The notes beneath the pieces were generated by a model, which had not been told where the DNA came from, searched no databases, and saw only the letters and a program-made list of their open reading frames with translations. 64,000 bases of DNA from the NCBI GenBank assembly GCA_011109175.1, contig RDEW01000016.1, positions 9,743-73,742 on the forward strand, given 5' to 3'. The position numbers and the translations under genes were made by a program. This document shows, in pieces, positions 61,289 to 64,000 of the stretch. Origin of the DNA: Dicyema japonicum. Its lineage: Eukaryota > Animalia > Dicyemida. Positions within the stretch are counted from its first letter, which is position 1, and each line of letters starts with the position of its first letter.

Positions 61289-64000
61289 ATGAATAACTTT
61301 TGGAAGACCAATACAATGTCTAACACAACTTCTAACAACTTTGGGGCTTCCAATACGTCAAATTTTGGACTCTCCTCGAATTCGAACTTCGGAAACGCTG
61401 GCAATTTCTCCAATTCGTTTGGAAATGCAAATAACCCAAGCACTTTTGGAAACCAAGGGATGACCTCCAATTTTGGTACGCCAGGAAATTTCTCTAACAC
61501 TTTCGGAGCGACTACCACCAACCCGAACTCCTTTGGAAACCAAGGAATGAATTCAAACTTTGGGTCGAACTTTGGAAATCCTAGTGGAATGAACAATACT
61601 GGAGGCTTTAGAAGTCAACCAATGTCCTCGAATTTTGGCACTTCTGGGAACTTTGCATCTTCTATGAATACCTCAACTCCATTTGGAACGCAACAAATGA
61701 ACTCAAACCTTGGAAATAACTTTTCTTCTTTTGGAAATCAGACTACTTTTGGAAGCAACACTTTTCAGACCAACCCTAATCAACCCACCAATTCAATGTG
61801 GCAGACCAACACTAATCAGCCAACTAATTCATTGTGGCAGACGAACACATCTCAGCCGACTAATTCATTGTGGCAGACAGGAAACCCTAATCAAGCTGGC
61901 AATTCAATGTGGCAGACTAACCCATCTCAACCAACCAATTCAATATGGCAAACTAACACGTCTCAGCCAACCAATTCAATGTGGCAGGCTAACCCATCTC
62001 AGCCTACTAATTCAATGTGGGGTACCAATGCGAATAATACAAACAACTTTTGGCAGCAAAACACAAAGTTTGTTGGTGTTTAACTAACCTTAGTCCAATG
62101 AACAACAGTTTTATGCAAAATCAGAATAATCAGCAAAGCTTTTTAAATAATCAATTTGGTTCGAATTATAAAGTTAGTTTTCAGGAAATGCTGCTAATGG
62201 ATCATCTATTGATTATAGACAAACTTCCTCTGACGAATTAGCCAACATAGGCGGAAAGAAGCAGCAACTCTCAGTAAACTATGTCACCCTCTCTGCTATG
62301 CCTGAATACAGCAACAAATCGATTGAGGTAAGATTCTATTTAAAAGTGTCAGGAAATTAGATATGAAGATTATGCAGCCAACAGGAAGATGGGTGGTTTT
62401 TTGAATTTTTGATTTTAGCCTCCGTTAATATGCAAGGGTCTTTCAACACAAATTCGTTCGGTAATACTGGACTTGGAACGTCTAATTTTATGTCCAATAA
62501 TACTGGAATGAATCAGAACCTACCTGGCAATTTCACTGGTAATCAACTCTTTTCAAACTCTAATACTGGGGGAGGATTTATGAACACTCCGATAAGTCAG
62601 ACAAATTCAAATTTTTGGAGTACTGCGGGGACGAATAACACCGGTGGGTTTGGGGTCACTTCTGGCTTTCAAACAGCAAATAGTGGACTTGGGAATAGAA
62701 TTGGCTTTCCTGTGAATAATACAGCTAACAATTCATCATTTTCGGCCGTAAACTCTGGTATTGGAAATACCCCCGGATTACTAGGAACTAATACTGGCTT
62801 TGGAATTAGTGCTCCCAATAGTGGAATTAATACTTCTGGTTTTCCGTCAAATAATACTGGATTTGGAATTTCCTCTAATACTGGATTTGGAACCAATACG
62901 ACAGGATTTCCTCAGTCTAATATTTCACTCGGAAACACTCTCGGCTTTCCTTCCACCAATGCTGGTGTCAACACCGCTGGTTTTTCCACTGGTAATGCTG
63001 GAGTAAGCACTGGTGGATTTCCTTCTGCTAATGCTGGATTGAACACCGGTGGTTTTCTCACCGGTAATACTGGAGTAAGCACTGGTGGGTTTCCTTCTGT
63101 TAATACTGGATTGAACACTGGTGGGTTTCCTACTGCCAATACTGGATTTAATACTGCTGGGTTTTCCCTCTGCCAACACCGGATTAAATACCGGGTTTCC
63201 TTCTTCCAATACGGGATTTAACACCGGTGGTTTTCCTGCAGCAAATACTGGATTAAATCCCCCCGTTTTTCCTACAGCAAACACTGGATTGAATACAGCT
63301 GGATTTCCTACAGCGAATCCTACTGGTGGTAACGCTTTTGGCCTTCCTGCTGCCAATACTGGAATAAATACAGCTGCTTTCCCTGGAACGAATATTGCAA
63401 ATAAATCAGGTTTTCCTTCCATTGCGACGAATACTTCAGCCTTTCCCGCTTCAAATAATTTTCAAAATAACTCATTTGGTAGTGGATTCCAAAATAATGT
63501 ATTTTTTGTTCGATTATTGGCAGAATTCCATCAATCCGGGTCAAGTTGGATTAGCTACTCAGTCACAAATTTCAATTCCCCACGTGGGTTAGTTTCTTTA
63601 TAACAGTTTAGAGAGTAGTTTTTACCCGGCTGATATGAGAGAAAAAATGGAGCAGATCGACCGTGCTGTTAGTTTAAACAGTTACAGTGACATTTCCCGC
63701 GACTTGCTTACTTATATTGCCTGTTCCCCTTACTCTGCAATAAACAAACACTGTGACACCTACACTGACGGCAAAAATACGAAGGATACTGAAACCAAAA
63801 AATCAGTATAATTCCAATTAACTTTTGCAGTCAAAAATGGACGAAAGCTTCTTAAAATCGTACAAGAATGACAGCTTTATTGACCGTTACAACATTAATA
63901 GTTCGTGGGAGAAGCTTAACCGAATCAGTTTGCCTTGTTGTAAACTTTCTAGGCCTTGAATTACCTCACAGTACATTCTCACGACTCACAATCTAATGCC
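61289..64000 (+). CDS. NUP98: Nup98(-Nup96) nucleoporin, 5' part (continues beyond the window)
   Basis: N/S/T-rich FG repeats; GLEBS motif VTLSAMPEYSNKSIE|EIRYEDYAANRK at about 62275-62390 with a 25-nt intron; further GF/FG repeats; apparent 1-bp frameshift near 63160. Confidence 0.88.

Noticed and set aside
1-64000. Alternative genetic code, rRNA, intact tRNA or CRISPR arrays
   Set aside because: Conserved genes end in TAA or TGA at expected positions with no internal stops after splicing; no rRNA, full cloverleaf or repeat-spacer array was seen.

Overview
AT-rich eukaryotic genomic DNA with small N gaps. It holds a compact gene set with very short spliceosomal introns (about 20-35 nt where they could be resolved) inside a dense field of mostly decayed transposons. 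Recognisable host genes are a GSK3-like kinase, a gene with two ONECUT-like homeodomains, a divergent PCNA, ST13/HIP, YIF1, hnRNP K, ECHS1, TRAPPC5, PPP2R3C, CHMP3, an LRRC74-like LRR protein and the 5' part of NUP98. Mobile elements include a Buster-type hAT with TIRs, a TSD and micro-introns, inserted into a Gypsy/Ginger-like integrase relic. There are also two near-full-length PHD-bearing CRE-clade retrotransposons plus four 3' fragments, a near-full RTE-like LINE, a BovB-like fragment, Ingi/I-like LINE pieces, an internally deleted pogo/Tigger, a tandem tRNA-derived SINE and several unclassified repeats. Animal-type homeodomains together with micro-introns suggest a genome-reduced metazoan, for example a dicyemid-like parasite; this is inference only. 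Best leads: micro-introns inside DNA transposases, candidate 14-15 nt introns, the double ONECUT-like homeobox gene, Trp-based repeats in Nup98, PHD-CRE elements, and splice acceptors just upstream of start codons (possible trans-splicing). All family assignments come from motif recognition by eye, with no database search.
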